Shown piece by piece: positions 8,801 to 16,960 of a DNA stretch of 35,185 nt. The notes beneath the pieces were generated by a model. It saw nothing but the letters and a program-made list of their open reading frames with translations, had not been told where the DNA came from and searched no databases. This DNA is from an uncultured Gammaproteobacteria bacterium (GTDB lineage: Bacteria > Patescibacteriota > Patescibacteriia > Patescibacteriales > CAYMCJ01), in the NCBI GenBank assembly GCA_964395755.1, contig CAYNBD010000002.1, forward strand, positions 1-35,185, written 5' to 3'. Position 1 is the first letter of the stretch; every line of letters begins with the position of its first letter. The position numbers and the translations under genes are program-made.

Positions 8801-9322
8801 TTGCAAAAAGCCGGTTTGCCGGCAGACGGCAAGGTGGTGCTTTATGACGGCAAAACCGGCGAGTCCTATAATAACAAAGTATCGGTCGGCCATAAATATA
8901 TGTTAAAACTCAATCACATGGTTGAGGATAAAATTCACCAGCGTTCCATCGGCCCCTATTCCCTGATTACCCAGCAGCCCCTGGGCGGCAAAGCCCAGTT
9001 CGGCGGCCAGCGTTTCGGCGAAATGGAAGTCTGGGCCCTGGAAGGTTATGGTGCTTCCCATACCCTGCAGGAAATTCTGACCATTAAATCGGATGACGTG
9101 CCGGGCCGGAGCAAGGCTTATGAATCCATTATCAAAGGGGAAGCGATCAAGAAACTGAATGTGCCGGAATCCTTTAATGTTTTAACCCGCGAATTAAAAA
9201 GTTTGTGCCTGGACGTGGAGTTGCTGGGTGGAAGACAGGCGATAGAAGAAGAAACTGATAATGAAAGACAGACGAAAGCAGAGAAAAAAGACGAAGAAAT
9301 CAAAAACAAAACGGATAAATAA
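5813..9322 (+). CDS. rpoB: DNA-directed RNA polymerase subunit beta
   Basis: Canonical beta motifs are present: [87 protein letters not shown] and [15 protein letters not shown]. The ORF-track start is a TTG at 5813. The ATG at 5825 (MTTASKK) is an equally plausible start. Confidence 0.97.
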   Translation: [1169 protein letters not shown]

Positions 9323-9348
9323 GATATAGAGAACAAGTTATAGGGAAA

Positions 9349-9432
9349 AATTTCTAATTTCTAAATTATAATTCCTAATGTGTTCCTGATGGATATTTAA
9401 TTTAGAAATTAGACATTATAATTTAGAAATTT
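9349..9432. repeat. imperfect inverted repeat (long AT hairpin) in the rpoB-rpoC spacer
   Basis: The left arm is aatttctaatttctaaattataatt (9349..9373). Its reverse complement aattataatttagaaattagaaatt is matched on the right by aatttagaaattaga (9399..9413) and attataatttagaaatt (9416..9432). Confidence 0.6.
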
Positions 9433-9441
9433 TATTGTTTT

Positions 9442-12400
9442 ATGTTAAATCCAATCAGGACAACTGATTTTGACGCCATTAAACTCAAACTGGCTTCGCC
9501 GGAAAAGATTTTGAGTTGGTCCCACGGCGAGGTCACCCGGCCTGAAACCATAAATTACCGCACCCAGAAGCCGGAAAAGGACGGCTTGTTTTGCGAGCGC
9601 ATTTTCGGTCCTTCCAAGGATTGGGAATGTTATTGCGGCAAATACAAAAAAATCCGTTACAAAGGGATTGTGTGTGACAAGTGCGGGGTGGAAGTGACCA
9701 GAAGCATTGTCCGTCGGGAAAGAATGGGCCATATTGCCATGCAGTCGCCCTGCGTTCATATTTGGTTTTTGCGGGGGATTTCTTCCAAAATCGGTTTAAT
9801 TTTGGATCTTTCCATGCAGGCCTTGGAAAAAGTGGTTTATTTTGCCAGTTTTATCATTACTGACGTGGACGAAGATTTGAAATTGGCCACCCTAGAACAA
9901 ATCAAAAACGAGTATAAACAGAAAAAGAAAGTGATTGAAACCGAATATGACCGCCAGGTAAACGAGACTAAGAATAAAAAAGGAAAAATGCTGCAAACCA
10001 AGGAGCGGGGGGAAGTGGAAAAGGCAATCTCTTCCGAGCTGGAATTTTTGGCCAAAGCCAAGGAAGAAAGGCTGGGCAAACTTAACGATGCTTTTGTCCA
10101 GGCGCAGAAAGAATTAAAGGATTTAAAGCCGCTGTTAATCATTTCCGAAAACGTTTATCAGAATTTAAGTTTGAAGTACGGCCATATTTTTGAAGCCGGC
10201 ATTGGCGCCGAGGCGATCAGAACATTACTGGCCAGGATTGATTTGGACAAGACTATCAAAGACCTGGAAAAAGAGCTGCTTAAAGCGATTGATTCCCGCA
10301 AGGAAAAAATAGTCAAACGTTTAAAACTGTTTAAGAGTTTAAAAATTAACGATATCAGGCCGGAATGGATGATATTGACGGTTATCCCGGTGATTCCGCC
10401 TGATTTGCGGCCGATGGTGGCTCTGGACGGCGGCCGCTTCGCCGCTTCCGACTTGAATGATCTCTACCGCCGGGTAATTAACCGCAATAACCGTCTTAAA
10501 CAGTTGGTTGATTTGAATGCGCCGGAAGTTATTTGCCGCAACGAAAAAAGAATGCTCCAGGAAGCGGTGGACGCTTTGATTGATAATTCCTCCCGCCACT
10601 CCAAGACCGTGGTCGCTTCCACCGGCCAGAAAAGAATACTTAAATCTTTGGCCGATTCCTTAAAAGGCAAGCAGGGCCGTTTTCGACAAAATTTGCTGGG
10701 CAAGCGGACCGATTATTCCGGCCGCAGCGTAATCGTGGTTAACCCTAAACTAAAATTGGATCAATGCGGTTTGCCTAAAATAATGGCCTTAGAATTATTT
10801 AAGCCCTTTGTCATCAGTAAATTGATTAAAGGGGAAGTTGTTCACAATGTCAGAAGTGCTTCCCGTTTTATTGAAGCCGGCCACGATGAAGTCTGGGATA
10901 TTCTGGAAGAAATTATTAAAAAATCATACGTTTTGCTTAACCGGGCGCCGACTTTGCACCGTCTCGGCATCCAGGCGTTTAAACCGATTTTGATTGAAGG
11001 CAAGGCGATTCAGATTCATCCCCTGGTATGCAGCGCTTTTAATGCCGACTTTGACGGTGACCAGATGGCGGTGCACGTTCCTCTGACCGAGGAGGCGGTG
11101 ACTGAGGCGCGCGACATTATGCTGTCAACGCATAATTTGCTCAAGCCGGCTACCGGCGATCCGGTGGTAGCCCCCAACCAGGACATAGTCTGGGGAGCTT
11201 TTTACATTACTTTTGAAAAAGCGACCGATAAACAGGACAAGGATTTGAAACATTTTAGCGGCGAGACAGAGGCCTGCCTGGCTTATGATTTGGGTTTTGT
11301 TGATTTGCGGGAGCCGATTATGGTGAGGTTGAAAACCGGTCAATTGAGGAGAACCACGGCCGGCCGGATTATTTTTAATAACATTCTGCCGGAAAAATTG
11401 CGTTACGTTAACGAGCTGGTCAGCAAAGGCAAATTAAAATCCTTGGTTAAAGATTGCCTGCTTTTTTACGGGGAAGAGAAAACCGTTCAGTTCATTGATG
11501 ATCTGAAAGATAAAAGTTTTGACTACATTACCAAGAGCGGTTTGTCTTGGGGCATCGGTGATTTACCGGACTTTGAACAACGGCAGCAGTTAATAGAGGC
11601 CGCCAATGCCAAGGTGGAAGAGATTCAGGAACAGTATGAAGACGGCTTGTTAACGGAAAGCGAGCGTTACAGCAAGGTAATAGAAGTTTGGACCGATACC
11701 AAGGAAAAAATTACCGAAGTCTGCCGGGAAGGGCTGCCGATTGATAATCCGGTTTATTCCATGGTGGAGTCGGGCGCGCGCGGAAGCTGGGCGCAGCTGA
11801 CGCAGATCTTAGGTATTAAGGGTTTGGTAACTTCTCCTTCCGGGGATATCATAGAGCTGCCGGTCAAAGGCAACTTTAAGCGCGGTTTCGGCGTTTTGGA
11901 ATATTTTATTTCCACCCACGGCGTGCGCAAGGGTTTATCCGATACCGCTTTGCGGACTGCCAATGCCGGTTACTTAACCCGGCGCCTGGTTGATGTTTCC
12001 CAGGACATTATAATCAGCCAAGATGACTGTAAAGATACCGAGGGACTGGTTATTTCCCGCCGGGAAAGCGAGGAGATGGGCGAAGATTTTTTCAAAAGAA
12101 TTATCGGCCGCTTTTTGGCCAAAGGCTTGAAAGATAAGCAAGGCCAGGTTTTAGCCAAAAAGGGCGAGTTATTATCCGAGGAATTAGTTGCTAAAATTAA
12201 GGATAAAGACATAGAGGCAGTGACGGTCAGGTCAATTTTGAGCTGCCAACTATCCCGCGGAGTATGCGCTAAATGCTACGGTTATGATTTGGGTTACAAC
12301 AAACCGGTAAAATTAGGTACGCCGGTCGGCATTATCGCCGCTCAGTCAATTGGCGAGCCAGGCACCCAGCTGACCATGAGAACTTTCCATACCGGCGGTG

Positions 12401-13392
12401 TGGCCGGCCAGGAAGACATCACCCAGGGTTTGCCCCGGGTGGAAGAAATATTTGAAGCCCGGCCGCCGAAAAGAAAAGCTTTAATGTCTGACGTTGCCGG
12501 CAAGGTCAAGATAGAGTTCGCCCAAAGAGCAATCAAGGACGAGAACGGCCGGGAAGTGTTAGTTGATAATCCCCAGTCCAAAATTTTAAAGATTTATTAT
12601 AGAGGCCAGGAAACGGACAAATATTATTTTTCCGAGAAAATTAACGAGTTGAAACTGGAAGCCGGTGAGAAAACGAGGGGCAAAAAACCGGAACCCAAGA
12701 TTATGGTTAAAGACGGGCAGAATGTCAGCAAGGGGGACGGTTTATTTTCTCTGGACAAAAAGATTATCAAAGCCAAAAACGGCGGTTTGGTTAAAATTGA
12801 GCCCAAGTATATCCGGGTGGACGCGGAAACCAATAAAGTCAGGGAGTTTATCATTCCCAAGGGAACGGCGATTTTGGTTAAAGACGGGGATAAAATCAAG
12901 AAAGGCGATCAACTGACCGAAGGCAGTCTTGACCTGCAGCAACTGTATAAATTGCGCGGCCGTTTGGATGCCCAAAAATACATTATCCGGGAAATTCAAT
13001 ACGTTTATTCCTCCCAGGGCCAGCCCTTGAACGATAAGCATGTGGAAATCATCGCCCGGCAGATGTTTTCCCGCCACTTCATTATGGAATCGGGCAACAC
13101 CGAACTTTTGCCCGGGGAAATCGTGGAAGAATCGGTATTGGCCCGGGTTAATAAAGATGCCAAGGAAAAAGCCAAAAGCGAACGCCTGCTTTTAGGTATT
13201 ACCAAGGCTTCGTTGACGACTGACAGCTTTTTGTCCGCCGCCTCCTTTCAGGAAACCGCCCGGGTTTTGATTGAAGCGGCCGTTAGCGGCAAGATTGATT
13301 ATTTGGAAGGGCTGAAAGAGAACGTGATTATCGGCCGTTTGATTCCGGCCGGCACCGGCTATCAGGGCCGAAAAGAAAGAGCGGAATATTAA
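9442..13392 (+). CDS. rpoC: DNA-directed RNA polymerase subunit beta-prime
   Basis: Zn-finger CYCGKYKKIRYKGIVCDKCGVEV. Catalytic NADFDGDQMAVHVP. Also RAPTLHRLGIQAF, and GEPGTQLTMRTFHTGGVAG in the trigger-loop region. Confidence 0.97.
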   Translation: MLNPIRTTDFDAIKLKLASPEKILSWSHGEVTRPETINYRTQKPEKDGLFCERIFGPSKDWECYCGKYKKIRYKGIVCDKCGVEVTRSIVRRERMGHIAMQSPCVHIWFLRGISSKIGLILDLSMQALEKVVYFASFIITDVDEDLKLATLEQIKNEYKQKKKVIETEYDRQVNETKNKKGKMLQTKERGEVEKAISSELEFLAKAKEERLGKLNDAFVQAQKELKDLKPLLIISENVYQNLSLKYGHIFEAGIGAEAIRTLLARIDLDKTIKDLEKELLKAIDSRKEKIVKRLKLFKSLKINDIRPEWMILTVIPVIPPDLRPMVALDGGRFAASDLNDLYRRVINRNNRLKQLVDLNAPEVICRNEKRMLQEAVDALIDNSSRHSKTVVASTGQKRILKSLADSLKGKQGRFRQNLLGKRTDYSGRSVIVVNPKLKLDQCGLPKIMALELFKPFVISKLIKGEVVHNVRSASRFIEAGHDEVWDILEEIIKKSYVLLNRAPTLHRLGIQAFKPILIEGKAIQIHPLVCSAFNADFDGDQMAVHVPLTEEAVTEARDIMLSTHNLLKPATGDPVVAPNQDIVWGAFYITFEKATDKQDKDLKHFSGETEACLAYDLGFVDLREPIMVRLKTGQLRRTTAGRIIFNNILPEKLRYVNELVSKGKLKSLVKDCLLFYGEEKTVQFIDDLKDKSFDYITKSGLSWGIGDLPDFEQRQQLIEAANAKVEEIQEQYEDGLLTESERYSKVIEVWTDTKEKITEVCREGLPIDNPVYSMVESGARGSWAQLTQILGIKGLVTSPSGDIIELPVKGNFKRGFGVLEYFISTHGVRKGLSDTALRTANAGYLTRRLVDVSQDIIISQDDCKDTEGLVISRRESEEMGEDFFKRIIGRFLAKGLKDKQGQVLAKKGELLSEELVAKIKDKDIEAVTVRSILSCQLSRGVCAKCYGYDLGYNKPVKLGTPVGIIAAQSIGEPGTQLTMRTFHTGGVAGQEDITQGLPRVEEIFEARPPKRKALMSDVAGKVKIEFAQRAIKDENGREVLVDNPQSKILKIYYRGQETDKYYFSEKINELKLEAGEKTRGKKPEPKIMVKDGQNVSKGDGLFSLDKKIIKAKNGGLVKIEPKYIRVDAETNKVREFIIPKGTAILVKDGDKIKKGDQLTEGSLDLQQLYKLRGRLDAQKYIIREIQYVYSSQGQPLNDKHVEIIARQMFSRHFIMESGNTELLPGEIVEESVLARVNKDAKEKAKSERLLLGITKASLTTDSFLSAASFQETARVLIEAAVSGKIDYLEGLKENVIIGRLIPAGTGYQGRKERAEY

Positions 13393-13423
13393 GAAATTGG
13401 AAATTGGTAATTTGTAATTTGGG
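13393..13423 (+). repeat. dispersed 31-nt element gaaattggaaattggtaatttgtaatttggg (copy 1)
   Basis: It starts directly after the rpoC stop codon. It is 29/31 identical to 18724..18754. The related words atttgtaat recur at 20191..20217. Confidence 0.6.
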
Positions 13424-13456
13424 TTCAGATTTGTCGAGGAATAAAATAATTAAAAT

Positions 13457-13494
13457 AAAAATGTACGTACTATGTATGTACATTTTTGTTTTTA
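13457..13494. terminator. bidirectional intrinsic terminator between convergent rpoC and NUDIX genes
   Basis: aaaaatgtac (13457..13466) pairs perfectly with gtacattttt (13478..13487). Inner pairs extend the stem (gtac/gtat). An A-run lies upstream and tttttgttttt downstream. Confidence 0.6.
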
Positions 13495-13502
13495 TCTGAT
13501 TA

Positions 13503-13526
13503 ATAGAGTCCTCTATAGAGTCCTCT
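13503..13526. repeat. perfect 12-nt tandem duplication atagagtcctct x2
   Basis: Read directly. The junction creates the 10-bp palindrome ctctatagag. The repeat overlaps the NUDIX stop codon at 13525..13527. Confidence 0.5.
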
Positions 13527-14013
13527 ATTTTTGTACGAGATGTTTAATTATACTTAAGGGATAACGCTGGCCGGCAAAATAATCTTTGATCAATTGTTTG
13601 ATATCCATGTCCCGCAGTTTTGTACTGTCCATAGCGTATATTTCTTCCGGACTAAACCACTTCAATTCGGTGACGTCGCTGGCCAGATTTTTTTGATTAT
13701 TCGTATCAACGTCGCCAAAAAAAATTATTTTTATGGCATGAGGGGTGCCGTTCAACAGTCCGGCAATGTCTGCCCGCACCAGGGAATAGACTCCCAGGAC
13801 CGCGGTCGGGGTAAAGCTAAAGCCGGTTTCTTCCTCAATTTCCCTTTTGGCGCCGGCAATCGGGTCTTCGCCCACATCCAGCCAACCGGCCGGCTGGTTC
13901 CATTTGCCGTCGTCCGGTTTAAAGCGGCTGGATTCCCTGACCAGGGCGATGCGGCCGTCTTTTTCTATCAAGCCGCCGACCACGCAAAAGGTTTGTGAAA
14001 AAATTCTGGGCAT
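13525..14013 (-). CDS. NUDIX hydrolase
   Basis: Nudix box GX5EX7REUXEEXGU is present as GWLDVGEDPIAGAKREIEEETGF. Confidence 0.9.
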   Translation of the reverse strand: MPRIFSQTFCVVGGLIEKDGRIALVRESSRFKPDDGKWNQPAGWLDVGEDPIAGAKREIEEETGFSFTPTAVLGVYSLVRADIAGLLNGTPHAIKIIFFGDVDTNNQKNLASDVTELKWFSPEEIYAMDSTKLRDMDIKQLIKDYFAGQRYPLSIIKHLVQK

Positions 14014-14025
14014 AAATTGAAATTA

Positions 14026-14709
14026 TTATATCAATAAATTTTCCAAATTATTTCTGTCCCGTTCCCATTTTAAGGGGTTGTTGATAATATATTGTCTGAT
14101 TCTGTTTAATGATTTTTCATCGCGGATTATATGGTCATAATATGATTTTTGCCAGGCGAATTGTTGGGAATAATAATTTTTGTTTTGATAACGGGAATAA
14201 TGGTTATTGTTTTGATAACGGGAATAATGGTTATTGTTTTGATAATGGGAACAAAAATTTTTGTTCCCTACGGCATTGTTGTCGCGGTACCAATTTTTTA
14301 CACCGATTTTAAACCCCCTGACAACGGATGACAACGAACGCGCCCATTTTGTTTGCCATGGTTGTCGTAGGGAACGCGGGGAACAATAATCATTGTTTCC
14401 TACGTTTTCATTTCCATCATCGGAACAATAATCATTGTTCCCTACGTTATGAATGATGACAATTCCATGAATATGATTTGGCATTATAATGAATTGATCC
14501 AATTTTGTATTGGGAAAATGCGTTGGGATTTCCTGCCAGCATTTTTTTGTTATTTTGCCAATGTCAGAAAATACGATCCGGCCGTTTATGATTTTACCGA
14601 AAAAATGTTCCCTGTTTTTCGTGCAGATGGTTATAAAATAGCAGCCGGCCCGCGAATAATTATATCCTTTTAATCTGTTTAATTTACGATTTTTAATTTG
14701 AATTTGCAT
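14026..14709 (-). CDS. IS200/IS605-like Y1 (HUH) transposase of the REP-associated RayT type, carrying in-frame repeat insertions
   Basis: The N-terminus is RLKGYNYSRAGCYFITICTKNREHFFG. The HUH motif is MPNHIHGIVII. Also present are SLSSVVRGFK and a catalytic-Tyr region WQKSYYDHIIRDE..IRQYIINNPLKWERD. Two low-complexity insertions (VGNNDYCS x2, and YQNNNHYSR-type x4) lie between the HUH and Tyr motifs. Confidence 0.85.
   Translation of the reverse strand: MQIQIKNRKLNRLKGYNYSRAGCYFITICTKNREHFFGKIINGRIVFSDIGKITKKCWQEIPTHFPNTKLDQFIIMPNHIHGIVIIHNVGNNDYCSDDGNENVGNNDYCSPRSLRQPWQTKWARSLSSVVRGFKIGVKNWYRDNNAVGNKNFCSHYQNNNHYSRYQNNNHYSRYQNKNYYSQQFAWQKSYYDHIIRDEKSLNRIRQYIINNPLKWERDRNNLENLLI
14166..14273 (-). 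repeat. four tandem 27-nt (9-codon) units inside the RayT CDS
   Basis: The units span 14166..14192, 14193..14219, 14220..14246 and 14247..14273. The last unit reads, on the gene strand, cGTAGGGAACAAAAATTTTTGTTCCC (GTAG plus an 11-bp perfect palindrome). The other three are degenerate versions (gggaataatggttattgttttgataac on the plus strand). Confidence 0.75.
14366..14445 (-). repeat. two further GTAG-prefixed hairpin copies inside the RayT CDS
   Basis: On the gene strand: GTAGGGAACAATgattATTGTTCCg (reverse complement of 14421..14445, 8-bp stem) and GTAGGAAACAATgattATTGTTCCCC (reverse complement of 14378..14403). An opposite-strand GTAGGGAAC sits at 14367..14375. Confidence 0.7.
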
Positions 14710-14729
14710 TTTTGATTTAGAATTGGTTT

Positions 14730-15194
14730 CTAACGATTTTTGATATAAGCGCGCCCGTAATGCCTGAATCCGGTTTTTTCATAAAACCCATGGGCGCGTT
14801 TTAGTTCGCGGCTTGATTCCAGGCGGATGGTTTTTATATTATTTTTCTTTGCCCATTTAAATACGGCCCGCATTAACAGCTGGGCCACGCCCTTACCCTG
14901 ATATTCAGGGGCGACATACAGGTCTTCAATTTCGGCACAATAGCCGCCGTTTCTGATTTGGGGAATTTTGTAGACCGTGGCAATGCCGATGTATTGCTTT
15001 TTCTCCTGCGCTAAGAAGATCGCTGCCGCGGGCGAGGCGATTGTTTTATCAAATACGGCTCCGCCTGATTTTTTCGCGCTCTGTGAAATAATTTTTTCTT
15101 CGGGCTTCATGATTGCGAGACAACAGGTCCTAAAATCATCCAATAATTTAAGCACGTGGTCTTTATGATATTTTTTCGCTTTGATTATTTTCAT
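14730..15194 (-). CDS. GNAT family N-acetyltransferase
   Basis: Acetyl-CoA binding motif A region LYVAPEYQGKGVAQLLMRAVFKWAKKNNIKTIRLES, followed by AHGFYEKTGF. Confidence 0.9.
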   Translation of the reverse strand: MKIIKAKKYHKDHVLKLLDDFRTCCLAIMKPEEKIISQSAKKSGGAVFDKTIASPAAAIFLAQEKKQYIGIATVYKIPQIRNGGYCAEIEDLYVAPEYQGKGVAQLLMRAVFKWAKKNNIKTIRLESSRELKRAHGFYEKTGFRHYGRAYIKNR

Positions 15195-15295
15195 ATTTGT
15201 TTTTTTATTAAAAATTAGATAGAATAAAGATGTTTAGGTCGTGGAAAGCGTGTTATATATTTTAATTATAAAGTAACTATTATATTTAGCAAGTT

Positions 15296-16798
15296 ATGAG
15301 GAAAAATTGGCTAAGTTTTAGAATAAAACTAAGAATAATTTTGTGGCTGATTTTGGCCGGGGTGGTAGGCTGGCTTTTGTATCGGGGCGTGGTGCCGGGC
15401 GGCAAGATTGAATACGTTTATAATTTCAGCCGTCCGGATTATTTTATCGGCAAACTGACGCCGGCCGAACGAGTGGAAGCCATTCAGGACGGAACGCAGA
15501 AGATTATCGGGGATCCGGTTTATTTTTCTTTGCGCACCCCGCGGCGGTTTGATCAGGCCAAATTGACTTTAAAATATAGAAATGAGGCAGAAACTAATTT
15601 TCCTGTAGGGAACTTAGTTTCTACGGGCTTGATTGAAGCCGGGGTTTTGGTTGACAAAATCATCTGGCGCTACGACCTAAAGCCGATTAAAAACCAGATG
15701 ATTGACAAGCTGGGTTTGGCCTGGGATAAAATGGAAGAAAACGGGGTTATGCTTCTGCAGCGCGAAAAAAAGTATAATTCTATCGGTGAATTTTTAAATA
15801 ATTTGCCGGGCCGAAATGAGATTGCTTTATATAATTATCAATTTGCCCCGGGCGAAGCGGAGTTTTTACTAACTGATTATGCGGCCGGGGAAGAAGAAAA
15901 GTGCTTGGGCCACAGTCTGCGGGGGGCGTATCAGTTTTATACTTACATTGATAACGAGGAATTGAATTTTAAATTTTCTTTTTTTGATTTAAACCAGAAC
16001 GGCGATTCGGATCCGATTGACCTTAATTTGTATTATGCGGGACAGTTGCTTGACAGCCGGCATTTGGCCGATGATGAATCCCCAGCCAGGCAATTGGATT
16101 TTCAGGCAGGTAATTTACCGGCCGGAGTTTATAAAATTGAACTGCGGGCCAACGATGATATCGTGACGGATGAGATTTGCACCGCCCAAACCAAACTGGC
16201 TCTTATCAATAAAATTTGGCTCTGGGAGAATGGCGGGCAAGAAATTGATTTGGTAACCGACAGCCGCCAACTGCAGGCCCAGACAACCAATCCGGCCAGC
16301 TTGCAGACGCTTAAAATCAGAACTTTGTCCAGCAGCCGGGATTATGACCAGACTTTGGACGTGGGCGCAACCTATAAACAGTTCAGTCTGGATTTGGCAG
16401 GAAACGATAATATGATCATTCTGGCGGCGGGAGATGTAATTTTAGCCGGAGACGGGGTTTTCAGTTTTTCTTTGGACAGTTTAATGAACCCTGATTTTAA
16501 AAAAGTTACCCCTAACCTGGACATCAACCAGGCCGGGATAAATTATATTTTGGCCGGCTACAGGGAGCCGCGCTCGGCCGGGGAATGGAAAATCGCTACG
16601 GCCGAGTTTGATTTAACCAATGCCTATCGCGAGGATGTTCGTTCCGGTCTTTTTGACAGCGGCCAGTACGGTTTTATTATTTCCGTTCCGGGCCTATCGG
16701 CCGAGGACGGGGTTGATGATTGGCTTGAGGTGGATGAGATTAAAATTGAGCTGGAGGGGAAGAGCTTGGGGGAAAAGTTAAAGGGAATTAGGGATTAG
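15296..16798 (+). CDS. hypothetical membrane-anchored (single N-terminal TM) extracytoplasmic protein
   Basis: A long uninterrupted ORF with an N-terminal TM helix (LRIILWLILAGVVGWLLY). I recognise no catalytic motif. Confidence 0.7.
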   Translation: MRKNWLSFRIKLRIILWLILAGVVGWLLYRGVVPGGKIEYVYNFSRPDYFIGKLTPAERVEAIQDGTQKIIGDPVYFSLRTPRRFDQAKLTLKYRNEAETNFPVGNLVSTGLIEAGVLVDKIIWRYDLKPIKNQMIDKLGLAWDKMEENGVMLLQREKKYNSIGEFLNNLPGRNEIALYNYQFAPGEAEFLLTDYAAGEEEKCLGHSLRGAYQFYTYIDNEELNFKFSFFDLNQNGDSDPIDLNLYYAGQLLDSRHLADDESPARQLDFQAGNLPAGVYKIELRANDDIVTDEICTAQTKLALINKIWLWENGGQEIDLVTDSRQLQAQTTNPASLQTLKIRTLSSSRDYDQTLDVGATYKQFSLDLAGNDNMIILAAGDVILAGDGVFSFSLDSLMNPDFKKVTPNLDINQAGINYILAGYREPRSAGEWKIATAEFDLTNAYREDVRSGLFDSGQYGFIISVPGLSAEDGVDDWLEVDEIKIELEGKSLGEKLKGIRD

Positions 16799-16916
16799 GA
16801 ATCTGGAATACATAACATAGAGCAAGGAACAGGCGGCTTGCAACATGCAACAAGGGACAGGGAACATAGGACGATTTTTCGGGGTAATAAGACATCCGAT
16901 GTCTATGACCATTAAA

Positions 16917-16943
16917 ATAAAAAAACCAGGTCGTTTGACCTGG
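16917..16943 (-). terminator. intrinsic terminator of the 16961..17425 gene
   Basis: The minus strand reads CCAGGTC-aaac-GACCTGG followed by a run of Ts (ttttttttatttt). It lies 18 nt after the stop codon. Confidence 0.75.
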
Positions 16944-16960
16944 CGCGGGGTGAGCCCTTT

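Noticed and set aside
6079-13205. Numerous 60-145-aa minus-strand and off-frame ORFs inside rpoB and rpoC (e.g. 7228..7566, 7727..8164, 10339..10599, 12742..13077).
   Set aside because: All lie fully within the two strongly supported RNA polymerase genes and have low-complexity or Arg/Pro/Ser-rich translations with no motifs. They are shadow ORFs typical of the antisense or alternative frames of real genes.
13594-13998. A 134-aa plus-strand ORF.
   Set aside because: It lies entirely antisense to the NUDIX hydrolase, which has a clean Nudix box. Its translation is motif-free.
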